DNA from: Deltaproteobacteria bacterium
GTDB lineage: Bacteria > Myxococcota_A > UBA9160 > UBA6930
Assembly (NCBI GenBank): GCA_002687015.1
Contig: NYZB01000239.1
Location: forward strand, 2,657-66,656
Length of the DNA: 64,000 nucleotides
Reading direction: 5' to 3'
Part shown: positions 63,345 to 64,000 of the stretch, piece after piece
Position numbering within the stretch: the first letter of the stretch is position 1
Layout of the letters: each line of letters opens with the position of its first letter
Made by a program: the position numbers and the translations under genes
Notes under the pieces: model-generated
What the model was told of the DNA's origin: nothing
Seen by the model: the letters and a program-made list of their open reading frames with translations, nothing else
The model's database searches: none

Positions 63345-64000
63345 ATGATCCGCCGCGATCCCGACGCGCCGCAATCCCGGCGAGTGCTTCTCGGGCTCTT
63401 CGCTCTTTCCCTCGCGATCCGACTCGTTCTCTGGGCATTCGTCGCCGTTCACGACATGCCGGCCCGCGGCGACGAGAGGGGCTACCTCGGCCGGGCACGG
63501 GCGGCCCACTGGGGCATGAAGAGGGTCCTCAAGGGCAAGTCGCTCGGTCTCCAGGACGTGGAGCGCTGGTACGGCGGCGGCCGGTGGGGCCCCCTCTATC
63601 CGGGTGTGCTGGGCGCCGGCTTCTTCTTCTCCGACGAGCAGACCGCGACGGCGCGACTGATCGTGAGCCTGGTCGGCGCGTTGACCACGCCGCTCGTGTT
63701 CGTCCTCACCCGTCGCATCGCGGGCCGTCGCGCGGCCTGCATCGCCGCGCTCTTCCACGCGGGCTACAGCGGCTTCGTGGTCTTCTCGCACCTCTTGTGG
63801 TCCGAGACCTTCTTCATCTTCCTGGTCCTGCTGACCCTGTTCCTGGCCCACGGCGTGCAACCGGGCGCGCCGCCCGGCCGCAACCTGCGGGCCGCCATCG
63901 GAAGCGGCGTCGCCCTCGGTCTGGCCGGCCTGGTCCGTGCGACCATCCTGCCCTTCGTCGTACTGCTCCCTCTCTGGCTCGCCCTTCGCCAGCGAACCGC
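63345..64000 (+). CDS. GT39/ArnT-PMT-like membrane glycosyltransferase (N-terminal part; runs off the right edge)
   Basis: Not in the track because it is edge-truncated. ATG 63345 gives MIRRDPDAPQSRRVLLGLFALSLAIRLVLWAF...ARGDERGYLG (first-loop DE motif), followed by several TM helices. Confidence 0.55.
   Translation, partial: MIRRDPDAPQSRRVLLGLFALSLAIRLVLWAFVAVHDMPARGDERGYLGRARAAHWGMKRVLKGKSLGLQDVERWYGGGRWGPLYPGVLGAGFFFSDEQTATARLIVSLVGALTTPLVFVLTRRIAGRRAACIAALFHAGYSGFVVFSHLLWSETFFIFLVLLTLFLAHGVQPGAPPGRNLRAAIGSGVALGLAGLVRATILPFVVLLPLWLALRQRT

Noticed and set aside
1-64000. Looked for CRISPR arrays, tRNA/rRNA/tmRNA genes, prophage or defence-island signatures (restriction, toxin-antitoxin, Cas, abortive-infection-like domains).
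   Set aside because: No spaced direct-repeat arrays, no cloverleaf-compatible conserved tRNA boxes in intergenic regions, and no recognisable defence or phage structural domains. The only mobile DNA seen is the single IS1-family element.

Overview
High-GC bacterial chromosomal window, densely coding with about 60 protein genes. I found no rRNA, tRNA or CRISPR array. Many long ORFs in the track are antisense or out-of-frame shadows typical of high-GC DNA and were discarded. All family assignments are by eye from motifs, with no database searches. Left to right: (1) A TTQ amine dehydrogenase cluster, mauB-mauE-mauD-mauA plus a monoheme cytochrome c. (2) An eight-gene minus-strand operon resembling the mycobacterial igr steroid side-chain module: two acyl-CoA dehydrogenases, a MaoC_N-DUF35 hydratase subunit, a small MaoC subunit, an Ltp2-like aldolase/thiolase-fold protein, a thiolase, an MFE-2-like SDR and an LLM oxidoreductase. 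A sequence matching the KstR operator pattern lies upstream. (3) An NO-sensing module: an H-NOX gene and an adjacent hybrid histidine kinase whose N-terminus looks like the HNOBA/PAS plus coiled-coil module of soluble guanylate cyclase. A 1216-bp IS1-family element with a 9-bp target duplication cleanly splits this kinase gene. (4) A tightly coupled operon: LolA-like protein, multi-TM sensor kinase, MMPL/RND exporter, and two degenerate sigma-54-activator-like regulators. (5) An accessory region rich in secreted proteins: a 1029-aa LTD/TSP3/CotH protein, a GH29 fucosidase, a metzincin with a run of 31 consecutive Lys/Arg at its C-terminus, a frameshifted autotransporter with 21-residue repeats, and a CARDB protein. 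(6) Miscellaneous hydrolase and lipid genes, plus a zinc-ribbon/TM/trypsin-fold protein lacking catalytic His and Ser. (7) Housekeeping genes (rimO, rlmE, an isolated rplC, NAD-IDH, mfd) flanking a glycan-modification operon and a GT39 gene. The best candidates for something new are the sGC-like H-NOX/HNOBA-kinase system with its IS disruption, the poly-lysine-tailed protease, and the degenerate EBP pair attached to the exporter operon.
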